Positions 43,664-55,300 of a stretch of DNA of 64,000 nt are shown here, one piece after another. The stretch lies in NCBI GenBank assembly GCA_900128395.1, contig LT649242.1, positions 1-64,000 on the forward strand. The letters run 5' to 3'. Every line of letters begins with the position of its first letter. The first letter of the stretch is position 1. Origin of the DNA: Stramenopiles sp. TOSAG23-2. Lineage: Eukaryota. The notes under the pieces are model-generated. The model saw nothing but the letters and a program-made list of their open reading frames with translations. It ran no database searches and was not told the DNA's origin. A program made the position numbers and the translations under genes.

Positions 43664-46600
43664 TTAAAAAAACAGCCCACCCTCATCTTCATCATCATCC
43701 AAATGATTGAAATATTCATCTATATTGGACGCAATTTTTGGTCCACCACCATCTTTCCTCATCTCATCGACCTCTTCCATTATTTGTCCTAATCCTACTC
43801 GTTTATTAGCCATATCAGCAAGATTCACCATCGATGCACTTGCCTTGTTTCGTTGTAATTGTCGTTTCTCAGCAAATGATGTTAACGATGCTAGCGAATC
43901 ACGATCTCCAACTCCTCCTAATGTTGTTGATACAGCAGTTGTTTGCGATCTACGTACCGCTGTGTTCATCCGTAATCCAAGCATCCCTCCACTACTACGG
44001 CTGTTAAAATCGCTATTTGAAGCACCCCCATTTTGCGGTCGTAAAGATCTTGATTTATTCATACCTTTTAAATCACCCATGGAACGACTTCGAATGGACA
44101 TCCTTGATAACCAAGATACTTTTGCCAATGATTCTAACAAGGTACCAACATCATCTGATGAATGGATGAAATACCTTGCACTTGATGGTTTTGCGCCTAC
44201 TGTGGCTGTAAATATTTTTGTGCGCGTACCACTACTACTTTTATGGGAACTGAAAGCAGAATTTGAACTGCTTAATGAGTCCCGGCTTTCATTTCGTTGA
44301 CTTGCACCAAATGCAGTCAAATCATTGAAACTACCTTTACTAAGACTTGCTAAATTATTACTACTACTGCCACTTTTTGCCCTTGGTGGTATTGCTTTAT
44401 CCGTAGGCCCACCCTTACCAGACAACTCTTTTGACTTGCTTCCAAAGAAAGCAGATTCTTTAATGTTATCTTCTGTAGTTTTCGTGTTACCATCATTCTT
44501 GCTCCTATTTTGTCTTGGCGTTTGCAATTCACCTTGCCTATGACGTTCATCTACTTTCATTCCCATTACACCAGCTGCAGATGCAGGGCCTTGTCTCGGA
44601 ACTAAACCACGCTCTTCATAACGTGCATGTATTTTTTGAAACATTGGTTCATCATCGTTTTCATCTCCAATACATAAAATGAAATCAACCGGGGCACTTT
44701 TTTGTTGTTGTTTTTGTGGTGAATCTGAGAAAGTTACACGTGGGCGTCCACTGGTAGTTCCATCACTTCCTATGGCTGAGTCATCTTGGCTAATATTGCT
44801 ATTTTCATTATCGCTTTCCACTTCATCATTTTTGCTTTTTTGATCAGCATAATTTAAAATTTGAACTACCATTTGCCCTTTATCCACACCTTCTGGTCTA
44901 ACTTCCACAGTTTCTTTTCCCCTAATGATTTGTACAGGGAAACGTTTTAATACTACGGATAGATGGTCTTTTAATTCTTTTGCTTGCATGTTGCCAAAAT
45001 CCTTATCTGTATCTTGAAATCTCCAAATAACTGCGCTGCCCTTCACATCTATATACGACCCTGTTGTTCTCATAGTATAAATTTGCATGATTTGTTTCAC
45101 AGTATCTTTCCATGAATCGTCAAACATTTCATTTGTCATTTGCCATTTAGAATCAACTTTGTTCCATTTATATGTAAATCCATTTTCCGCTGCTAAACCA
45201 ATGTTGGAGGAATCGCCACCTAATAAATGTTTTAAAATTTTCTTTTTTTCGCCACTCAATAAGAAAACAGTATTGCGAGTTGTATCAGCTGCCATGCGCT
45301 TAATAGCTTTTAATACTTGTTCCGTCGGTCGTCTAGCCGTGCTATCAGCCGCGGTCGTCGTCGTTTCGATTGTATTATCATTATTACCACCGAACTGTTC
45401 GTTACCGTTGCCCTCGTTTTTCGTCTCAACGTCAGTAGTTGCATCCTTATTTTCATTATTGCTACTACTATCATCTTTACTAGCCCTACGTCTGCTTTTT
45501 GCTCGTTGGTACATGCTTAGTGGATCTAAATTTGCTGCTGCGGTAATAGTACCCCCAACATCTAATAATATTACACGATTAAACGATGAACGATATGCAT
45601 CTACAACTGCAGTGTGATCAAGCTTTGAAAAATCAGATTGTACTCCCATCATTTTAAATTCCAAACCAAAACCATATCCAATGCGTAATTTACCAGTACG
45701 ATTCTTTTTAAATCGTTTTAAATCTGTTAATACGCGTTCTGCCCAACTAGTCGTAGAATTTTGCTGTATCCAAACTGTGTTTTGCTCTGCCCGCAACGTT
45801 GTTTCCATTCCTTGCATTGTTAAACATCGATCTATTATTTTAGCAACACCATCAGCTTCAAATGGGTTAAATACTACTGCACCAGGCAATATACGGCTAG
45901 CCGATGCGAATTCACTAATTGCTAAAATGCCACATGGCATATTGTTTTCTTTTGCTCGTATCGCGCAATATTCCAAGGGCATTAAATCCAAACCTTGACG
46001 TACACACGTATTTAAATAGATATCCCCAATTTTAAACAATGCAGTACGTTCATATACATTTACACGATCTACTTCGTGATAGATAATTGCTGGATTATCA
46101 CCGCCATCACTAATACCAGTAGCTGCTAAATTTATTTTACTAATCTCTTCGTTAATTCGCTTTTTCGTATCTACATAATCATCCCCACGCTCAGGACATC
46201 GGAGACCATACTGTATCAAGACACAGCGACCGACCCATTGTGGATTTGCATCTAAAAACGTGCGATATGCTAAAAGCTTAATTGGCAAACCGCACATATA
46301 TATNNNNNNNNNNNNNNNNNNNNNNNNNNNNNNNNNNNNNNNNNNNNNNNNNNNNNNNNNNNNNNNNNNNNNNNNNNNNNNNNNNNNNNNNNNNNNNNNN
46401 NNNNNNNNNNNNNNNATGCGAGCAATACCAGCAATATATTTTTTTCGATATGAATTCCCATTACTTGAACTACCAGTGGCATTACTTGAAATATTATATT
46501 TATTGCGAAAAATAGCTAAATACTCCTCCGTTTTTGGCATACTAAGTCTATTAATTACAACATCTGGTTCAATTGATGCATGTGCTACTGTAACTACAAC

Positions 46601-48220
46601 TTGTCTGCCTTGATATTCCACTAAAATATAGCCACCTGGACGATCTTTCACCGTCAGTCCTAATATGCGCCTACAACAAGTTAAAAAATGCCTAGCATAT
46701 TCATACAAGTGAAAACCAATATGGTCAGCATTTAACATTCCACGCAATAATTTTTCACGGACAGACAGGGTACGAAAAATTTCACTACTAGGGAATGGTT
46801 TATGTACAAACATACCGATATGTATATTTTGCCTAATTCTACGTACTAAAAATGATGGTAAAATCAATAAACCAATATCTTGAATCCATACCGTATCGCC
46901 GGTGCAAAAAACTTCGACAATTTTACCAGCAAACTTACTATTCATATCCATATACGCTTCCCATTGCTTTTCTTGTATATTTCCATTCCACCACAATGAT
47001 GGTAATCTACCATAAATATCAACTGCATTGTGAAATACCGTCCATAATGTTGTGTTTATGTAACCATTCCATACATTTTCATACAATCTTGGTGTCAAAA
47101 ATACTGGTACACAATGATACCGTTCTAATTTCTTGGTGACTATATCTTGCTGATCTAATGGGACAAATGTCTTTACGGTTCCAACAAATAAAATCCTCAT
47201 AAAATCTGCTTGTGTTGCTTTTTTGCGAGATAACAATGCATCTGCATCCCATGTAACAACCCAATCGAGAATTTTATCTGGTTCCTTTTCATCTTTCACA
47301 CATTCCACATGTATTGGCAAATGAAATCCAACACATATAATTGAATCGCCAGCATCCAAATGTAATTCTTCGCCCATAAAATCTGATCCACTGCCAGACG
47401 TCGTTGATCCTGGAGTTCGATTTGGATCGCGATCGCCTTTATCGCTTAATGCTTTATTAAACTCTCGTGATGGTGAGCTATGTGGTGACAACTGTGGCGA
47501 TGGTAACGGTGATATTTTAGCCGGGCTGGGTTTTTCGTTCCTGAAATTATTCGAATCAAAGGTTGAAGCAACGCTATTAGGATCTGTAGAATCATCTGTT
47601 TCTTTTGAAGATAAATTAGTTATGACAGAGTCTTCCGTATATTCTTCTTCCATATCTTCATCGTCTTCATTCTTGGTGTTATTATTATTATTGTTGATGT
47701 TGTTGTTATTACTATCACTACTTCCTTGTAACGATATTGCGCCTACTTTTTTCTGCAAATCGTTGATGGATTTTGAAGTAGAAATCCCTCCGTCACTATT
47801 ACTATTATTGGATACATTGACTGAGTCATGAATAATAATATCATGTAAACTTCCTTCCGTATATGCCAAAATAGTGCGATGGCCTTCAAATGGTTCCCAT
47901 CTTGAAAATTTTCCACCACTTCGAATGAAATATTTATATTCCACAATAGCTTTATCTGGCAGTGTCAGTGGTTCCAAATTAAACCATACAGGAAATTCTT
48001 TCGGTGAGGTCACCAGCTCCATGGCACGTTTGATGCGACCGGAGCCTAATCTATTCGTATTACCAACTACACATAATGTTTCCCCACGTTGTAAATTTGC
48101 AGTGGCACGGAACACAATACGCCTTGTTTTACGTTGTTGATGATGGATATTACTTGGCGACGTCATTGCTTTATTTCCTTTTGTTTTTTTTTTATTATTA
48201 TTATTATTATTCTCCATCAT
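43664..48220 (-). CDS. CBM20 + trehalose-6-phosphate synthase (GT20) + trehalose-phosphatase (HAD) fusion; contains an N-gap at 46304-46415
   Basis: VVGNTNRLG...EYKY...RWE; HKPFPSSEIFRTL, GFHLYEYARHFL, SEFAS; LLDVGGTI, LAAENG, VEVRPEGVDKG, CIGDENDDEPMF and TVGAKPSSARY. Confidence 0.93.
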   Translation of the reverse strand: MMENNNNNNKKKTKGNKAMTSPSNIHHQQRKTRRIVFRATANLQRGETLCVVGNTNRLGSGRIKRAMELVTSPKEFPVWFNLEPLTLPDKAIVEYKYFIRSGGKFSRWEPFEGHRTILAYTEGSLHDIIIHDSVNVSNNSNSDGGISTSKSINDLQKKVGAISLQGSSDSNNNNINNNNNNTKNEDDEDMEEEYTEDSVITNLSSKETDDSTDPNSVASTFDSNNFRNEKPSPAKISPLPSPQLSPHSSPSREFNKALSDKGDRDPNRTPGSTTSGSGSDFMGEELHLDAGDSIICVGFHLPIHVECVKDEKEPDKILDWVVTWDADALLSRKKATQADFMRILFVGTVKTFVPLDQQDIVTKKLERYHCVPVFLTPRLYENVWNGYINTTLWTVFHNAVDIYGRLPSLWWNGNIQEKQWEAYMDMNSKFAGKIVEVFCTGDTVWIQDIGLLILPSFLVRRIRQNIHIGMFVHKPFPSSEIFRTLSVREKLLRGMLNADHIGFHLYEYARHFLTCCRRILGLTVKDRPGGYILVEYQGRQVVVTVAHASIEPDVVINRLSMPKTEEYLAIFRNKYNISSNATGSSSNGNSYRKKYIAGIARXXXXXXXXXXXXXXXXXXXXXXXXXXXXXXXXXXXXXXIYMCGLPIKLLAYRTFLDANPQWVGRCVLIQYGLRCPERGDDYVDTKKRINEEISKINLAATGISDGGDNPAIIYHEVDRVNVYERTALFKIGDIYLNTCVRQGLDLMPLEYCAIRAKENNMPCGILAISEFASASRILPGAVVFNPFEADGVAKIIDRCLTMQGMETTLRAEQNTVWIQQNSTTSWAERVLTDLKRFKKNRTGKLRIGYGFGLEFKMMGVQSDFSKLDHTAVVDAYRSSFNRVILLDVGGTITAAANLDPLSMYQRAKSRRRASKDDSSSNNENKDATTDVETKNEGNGNEQFGGNNDNTIETTTTAADSTARRPTEQVLKAIKRMAADTTRNTVFLLSGEKKKILKHLLGGDSSNIGLAAENGFTYKWNKVDSKWQMTNEMFDDSWKDTVKQIMQIYTMRTTGSYIDVKGSAVIWRFQDTDKDFGNMQAKELKDHLSVVLKRFPVQIIRGKETVEVRPEGVDKGQMVVQILNYADQKSKNDEVESDNENSNISQDDSAIGSDGTTSGRPRVTFSDSPQKQQQKSAPVDFILCIGDENDDEPMFQKIHARYEERGLVPRQGPASAAGVMGMKVDERHRQGELQTPRQNRSKNDGNTKTTEDNIKESAFFGSKSKELSGKGGPTDKAIPPRAKSGSSSNNLASLSKGSFNDLTAFGASQRNESRDSLSSSNSAFSSHKSSSGTRTKIFTATVGAKPSSARYFIHSSDDVGTLLESLAKVSWLSRMSIRSRSMGDLKGMNKSRSLRPQNGGASNSDFNSRSSGGMLGLRMNTAVRRSQTTAVSTTLGGVGDRDSLASLTSFAEKRQLQRNKASASMVNLADMANKRVGLGQIMEEVDEMRKDGGGPKIASNIDEYFNHLDDDEDEGGLFF

Positions 48221-49365
48221 GATCAATATATTATTTCTTAATATTACGTAAGTGATGAGGAATGGATGATTACATGCAATGAAATTATTTGTTGCAATAC
48301 ATATATATCGATATATATTATATATATATCCATCATGACCATCCTTTATATTATCTTCTTTTTTTCCTTTAGTCTATCTGGCTACATACAGTATCTTGTC
48401 GTCTCTTGCAACTACTCTTGTGCTCTTCATATCACATGGTTTTTTTTTACCTGCGTGGATTATAATACAGTATTAGCACATTACGAGGCACCACCACTAA
48501 CTAAGGAAAAGTCTAGGGATTAAGGCACCACATTCATTTTTTTCCTTTTTTGTTGTGTTATAATTTAACCGTGTGATAGCTAATCGATTTGTACTTATTA
48601 CTATATACGTACATTTTCATAAAACTGAAAAATGATATTTTGATATTTAGTTTTTGTGTTTTTGTGTTTTTGTCGGGTTGATATACTTATAGGAACATAA
48701 NNNNNNNNNNNNNNNNNNNNNNNNNNNNNNNTGAGATACTTATAGGAACATAAGAGTTTTTAGTACTTAAAGTATACAGTTTTATATTAATAATCCCATT
48801 TTTTTTTTTTCAGCTATTGATGCACTATTAATATTTGAAATTATTGGGATCCCACAGGATTAGGATCCTCTCATCCTCTCTCCTCTACTATTGGGTTCAT
48901 TGTTGGGATGCATGATGTTACATGTATTAATTGAATTAATACAATGATAATATATATTGTATTTATCTTCTTAAATGGAAAGATAGATATTATAGATACA
49001 GATTGTTTTTGAGAACCCAGAGAACAGAATCTAATATTTTTTATTACATATATTTTCTGGTATCAAATTAAAGAATATATTTATAATAGAAAAGGAAGGG
49101 AAAAAAAAAAAAAAAACAAATCAAAGTATAGTATATATAGANNNNNNNNNNNNNNNNNNNNNNNNNNNNNNNNNNNNNNNNNNNNNNNNNNNNNNNNNNN
49201 NNNNNNNNNNNNNNNNNNNATATTAATAGTGCATCAATAGAGGGAAAAAAAAAAAAAAACAAATCAAAGTATAGTATATATAGATATAGATAGATTTTGC
49301 AATATATAATAATAAAAATATATTATTATTTTATTAAAGATATACAGAAATTATATAAATAAAAA

Positions 49366-52300
49366 ATGGATAATTCAAAAGCACCTGTACCACCAACAGC
49401 CAAGCTACCGCCATCTTTACCTGTCCCTCCATTGTTACCCGTTCCTACAATAAATGATTCAACTGATGACCAAGATATCATTGATAAATCAACTTATAAT
49501 ATAGAATATAGTAATGATTTAGGTGTTGAGTTGTTTCCATTTGGTAAACAGTGCTTAAATGCTATGAATAAATACCATGCCATATTGAACGAAAATAATG
49601 ACAATAAAAATGAAAACAGTAAAAAAGAAGCTATTCGTAATATATTTAATAATTTGATAGCTTGGATCAAAAATTATCATTTTTCAGCACCAAGAGATAA
49701 GAAAATTTATAAATTAAAACCTAGCGATATACGATTGTTTTTTAACATGTTACGGCCAAAAATAAATCAGGATGATACTGAAGAGATACCTAGACAGTAT
49801 AAAATCTTGTTATTGCGAGCAGTTCGAGAACATTTAGTATGCGATCAAAGGGATGTGCCACGTTCTTATTTTCTATTTTCTAAGTCGCGCACCGGTTTTT
49901 TACAACTGCCGGAAACATCCCAATTAGATTGGGAAAGTCGAAAAGGGTATACTTTCAATATTTGGTTATGCCCGGATAGTTTAATTAATAATACTCCTAA
50001 TAAGAAAAATGTAGACAACTATCAAATTACATTGTACAGTTTAAAAACACGAGACGATAATAAAGGTGTTGAATGTAAATTAATTCGACAAGCAGATAAC
50101 CGTACAGCAATTATAGAATTGCGATCAAAGGCAAGTGTAAAGGAAAAACAAACAAGAGTATCCAAACTATCAATTTCTTCGCCATTTCAACGCAATAAAC
50201 AAGCACAGACACCAACGGTAGCTGCAATAAAAAATGAATGGGTTTCCATTAAAAATGAAGTCATCCTACCATTTGATGGGAAAACTTGGACGATGATAAC
50301 AATATCTCATTTGCCAAGTGGAAGTGTAGATGCAAATAATAGCAAGGTCAATAATATAAGAAATAGTTTCATCGGTGCTGATAAAAAGCCTGGTACCGTC
50401 ACTTGCTACGTCAATGGTACGTTGTCTTTTGATTGTCCTTTAGAATGTCCAGAATTATTATCAAACCCAGCAGCAAAATCTACGACTAGAACAGATTCTC
50501 CATTATCAAAAGATAATACTGTCGCTGCAGAAACTTTTGCAAATTGTACAGTTGGTAATGGATTTTTCGGTAAAATTGAACGATTTACCATGTATAATGG
50601 GGTTGTTGATGAAAGTGCGATCAAAGTTTTGTATTCTACTGGAATTGGATTTAGGTATCCTCCACTGAGTACACGTCAACCAACTCCTGTATCCTTAAGT
50701 TTGTCTTGCAATCGCACCGTCTATGAAACCTCCCATGCATTAGATGTATTGTGGAGTTATTGTGCGGAAGATGCTATGACGATCAATGAAAATTTAAAGA
50801 TTAATGGTGAAAATAGATTAGTCGGAGAATGGAAAACGCAAGGGCGTTTGACGTTATCTCGTGTTATACAAGCTGATCATGTACGAGATACGCGAAGATA
50901 TGCAACTATGATGGGAGAAGTTGGTCCTTGTTGGGGCGGAGGTACATGGGCACAAAGCTCAATGTTTATAGCAGGTGGTATTAAAATCATTTTGCCATTA
51001 TTTGCAAACTTTAATACAGATCATTATAAAAAGAATAAGCAAGAAGTGAAAGAAAACAAAATACCATTTGATGTAGAAAATGAAGACCACGATTTGCATG
51101 CAGAGACAATATTGTTATTGCGAGGATTTCTATTTGGTGCTGGTGGTCTACGTTTACGTAAAGAAATATATGAAACCAGGGCAATTGCTGTCGTCGCTTC
51201 GTTACTAAACGATAGCGAAAATTGCGAGAGTATGCTTTCGAATGGTTTGTTAAGTGCAATATTTTTAACAACAAAAACGTTGATAGGTATGGAATCTGCA
51301 TTGGCAAATGATTTTGTCAGATATTTATTCTTAGATTTTGATTTATGGAGCAAAGCTAGTTGGGATGTGCAAGAACAATTAATGAATCTAATTCATGGTA
51401 TTACGATGGAATATCCAAAATTATTGAGGCAAGTTACGAGTGTACAAAATATTTTAGATCAAATCCGAGCGTCTTATACGCGTGCTTCCCCATCTAAGTA
51501 TATAACAGCAAATCCTAATGAAGCGGCGCTGTGCGCTGCAAGGGCAACAGATATTGTAGAAGGTATAATAATGTCATCGATGTTATCTGAGGAGGAAGAA
51601 AATACAATGAATTCCACATCATTTATGAAATCCTTAACAATTAACTTAAGTGCAGTCTTAGGATACGTGCGTGGCTGTAGTGGAAGTTTACCTGGCAAAC
51701 ATGCGGCGGCAGCGGGACTAAATATTTTAAATCGTCTTCTAGATGAAAACGATAATCCAAGGTTCTATTTAAAAGTGTATGAAGCTATTCAAAGTCAAGG
51801 TGGTGCTGCGGAATTAGTTCCGCTGGTAGGTAGACCTGGTGAAGAAGCCCGAGCATCTGCATTGAGTTTGATGGGGCGTTTATTGCTGCTATCACGGAAG
51901 CTCAATGCGACCGGGAATCACTCCATTGCAAATGCAAATGAATCGAAGCCTGAACTAGTTTTAAGACTGATGTCCGCATCTTTAATTGAATTGCGCGGGG
52001 TAGAGGCCTTGCAAACGATGAACTGTGGGGGGAAAACATTATGGAGTGAATATGCTATTGAAAGTATAGATGAAGAAGATGAAAATTCAAAGAGTGAAAA
52101 GGAACTGCAGAAAAATGCAGATGCGCTTGAAAAGGCTAGGCGAAGCAGTCATATTTATGAATCTGCTCGTTCCCCCTATACACGTCGTAAAGAAAGAATC
52201 GTAGCAGAATCCACGGTAATAGCAGCTACCTCCTTTGTTTGTGGAACATGGGAAAGCGCAAACAGCTTGTTGATTCCAAAAGAGAATGACGACAATGGGG

Positions 52301-55300
52301 GGAATACTAGCAACATGGAACATGTTGTCATCGCATTACCAGAAGGGCTTTTGCTATTACTTGGTTTATTGACTTCCCCATCCATTAAATCAACATTTGT
52401 TGAGGATACAGTGACGAAAATATCATTATGGATCAAAATGAATTCTATCAATGCAACTAAGATATTAAGCTGTGGTCATTGGCAACGATGGTTTTTAGGT
52501 TTGTATTTATCGTTGGAAAATAGAAAGGAAGAAGGTGAAGGAGATAAACAAATAAATGTTGCCCAAGCTATGGTTGCTGATATAATTTCGTGTTTATATT
52601 CACAATTATTATTGCGTGTAAGAAACGGTTACCAGCAATGGCGCGTTACATTGAAATTGTTAGAGTACCATCCAAATCGCATTCCTATTTTGCGACAGTT
52701 GTTGACTTTATCCTTCCGGCGCCTACAGAGTGAATTGCAACAGCAATTGCGTACAGATAAAAAAATGCCAAGCGCTACCGTTGATAATATCATATTTACA
52801 TTTCAACTAGTGGATCAGTGGATTTTACCAAATAAAAATCCTGTGATGAAAGGTAAGAATGCACAGGAATCACAAATTGAAAAGGAGATCGAAGAGAGGA
52901 ACAATATTTTGAAGTCCATATGTAAAATATACGACTTGTTGCGTTCACTGGATGGCGTTGTAAAAAAGCGAGATGGGGAAATTCATCAAAGAGCTGTTCC
53001 GATACTTCGTTTGCTAACACGTTTATTGCCATTTACGCCCAAGTCATCCATTTTATCAATGTTGGAATTGTTGCTAAATATTGTTGCATTAGATATATCA
53101 TCGTCAAGTAACAAATCCAGGCAAATTGTTTTGAAAGTTATCTTTACTTTACAAGAAACAATGTTGAGAAACGATGATGATGCTACAATATCACAACGCG
53201 TATCATTAGCTGTCCTGTCGATTGTTAATAATCGAGATTTAGGCAATGTTGTTGAAGGGTGGGAAGCTGAGGCAGTAGCTGGTGCTATGAGACCACAAAC
53301 TGGTGAATCTCCAGAAACAAGTGCTCATCGGGTTTTTGATTTATTAACTCGAGCAATGATATCGGAGATGTCGAATGATAACGATACCAATAGTAGCACA
53401 CAAAGGGCAATAGCGTCGCCACGTAGCAAGCAGGATGGAAACAATAGGCAGAATGCCTTAGAATATCAATCGTCTAATTTGTTTTCAGTATCAAAGCGTA
53501 AAGCATCGATTGTAGTCAGCCGCCAAGTGCGTTTAAGCACTGTAGATGTGACAGAATTACAAAATCGGCAGAATGCTAGGTCTAATTTAGATCAGCAACG
53601 GTTTGTATTGTTTATGAAAACAATGGAAGTTGCACGCAGTCAGACAAATGGATTTTTTACAAAACGCATTTGGCCTTCATTAAAGATGGGATATCACACT
53701 CCTTGGTCATGTAATCATGATGTAAGGCGTTATTTTATTTTAGACAATGCTGAGGAACATTTGTTTTCGCGAAGAAGGCGCAGATTGGCCCTTGATCCGT
53801 TTGGTGATGCACATAAAGAAGAATCATACGCCCTTTTTGCACGAGGTGGAAATCAGCAGCCGCCGCCACTATCTTCAAAAGGACCAAAGGAGGAAGAGGT
53901 TGATAAATTATTAGCCCAAGTTGCTATTAAGGATGCAATGAGCAAAGACAAGGCGGGTGATGAAGATGAATCATCAGGGCAAAATGATATCAGTATCGAT
54001 GAAGACTCGGACGATGATGGATGGGCGGCAGAGGATAACGAATGGGATGAAATTGCTAAAGAGAGAGAAGCCGCTGCTCGCAAGGCGGTGCGAGTAAGAA
54101 AAAGTACGAAATCGAAACGTCGCTCTTCGTTTTTAAAAGTACGAAAAACGCGAACGTCCAGCATGGATGTTGAAACTGTGCTTTGCCGCGACGATCGTGT
54201 TGTCTTGGTACGGCCCACCATGAGTGCCGCTGGATCTGCAATTTTGACAAATAGAGCTATTATATTTAATCCAGATCCAAATGCTGCCAACAACAATAAT
54301 GAAAGCCAATGGGGTAGTAAGAATAAGGATGGGGATGATGCAAAGAAGAATGACGATGAGGATGGCGTGAAAAATCCTGATAAAATTAAGTACAATCCTG
54401 CAAATCGAAAACGGCGTTGGAGGTTAGAAAACATACGAAGAATGTATCTGAGGCGTTATTGCCTTGTCAGTTGTGCGTTTGAGCTATTTGTCAGTGGAGG
54501 TGAAGTAGTTTTTTTAGTTTTCAAAGGTGATCCGCAAGTAAAACGCCGAGATACGATGTATGGCACGTTATATGATTTATTAGAGCGTCGTATTCAACGT
54601 TTTTCACAACCATTGCATCAATCACCGCAGCGCTTCTTTACTCAAAGTGGTTTGACACGTGCTTGGCAATCTCGTGCATTGTCCAATTTTGATTATTTAA
54701 TGGCATTAAATACTATGGCAGGGCGTTCGTACACGGACCTGTCGCAATACCCAGTATTTCCATGGGTTTTAACAGATTATTCATCGGAGGAAATTGATTT
54801 GAGTAACAAGGATGTCTATAGAGATTTAAGTTTACCGGTAGGTGCATTGAATCCAACAAGGTTGGAAGAGTTCCGTAGTCGCTATGAAACATTTGATGAT
54901 GATCAAATTCCAAAATTTTTATATGGCTCACATTACTCCACTTCAGCTGGCGTAGTTTTGTATTTTCTAGTACGTTTAGAACCATTTTCGCAATTACATG
55001 TTGAGACTCAAGATGGTCATTTCGACGTACCAGATCGTTTGTTTTCATCTATTAATAAGACATGGCAAATGTGTTACACTTCGCTATCCGAGGTAAAAGA
55101 GTTAACACCTGAATTTTACTCATTGCCAAATTTTTTAAGAAATGAATCAGGGTGTCCATTAGGAACCATGCAAGATGGAAATACTGTGAACGATGTACAT
55201 TTGCCACCCTGGGCAAATGGCTCTCCAGAAACATTTATCGATGTTATGAGACATGCTCTAGAAAGTGAATATGTATCTGCCCATTTACATCAATGGGTAG

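Noticed and set aside
46296-46420. Apparent read-through of the TPS ORF across the N-gap
   Set aside because: Gap length is an estimate and the TA-repeat flank suggests a hidden intron; the sequence is unknown.
48680-49285. Direct and inverted repeats around two N-gaps
   Set aside because: Sequence duplicated on either side of gaps is typical of scaffolding overlap.
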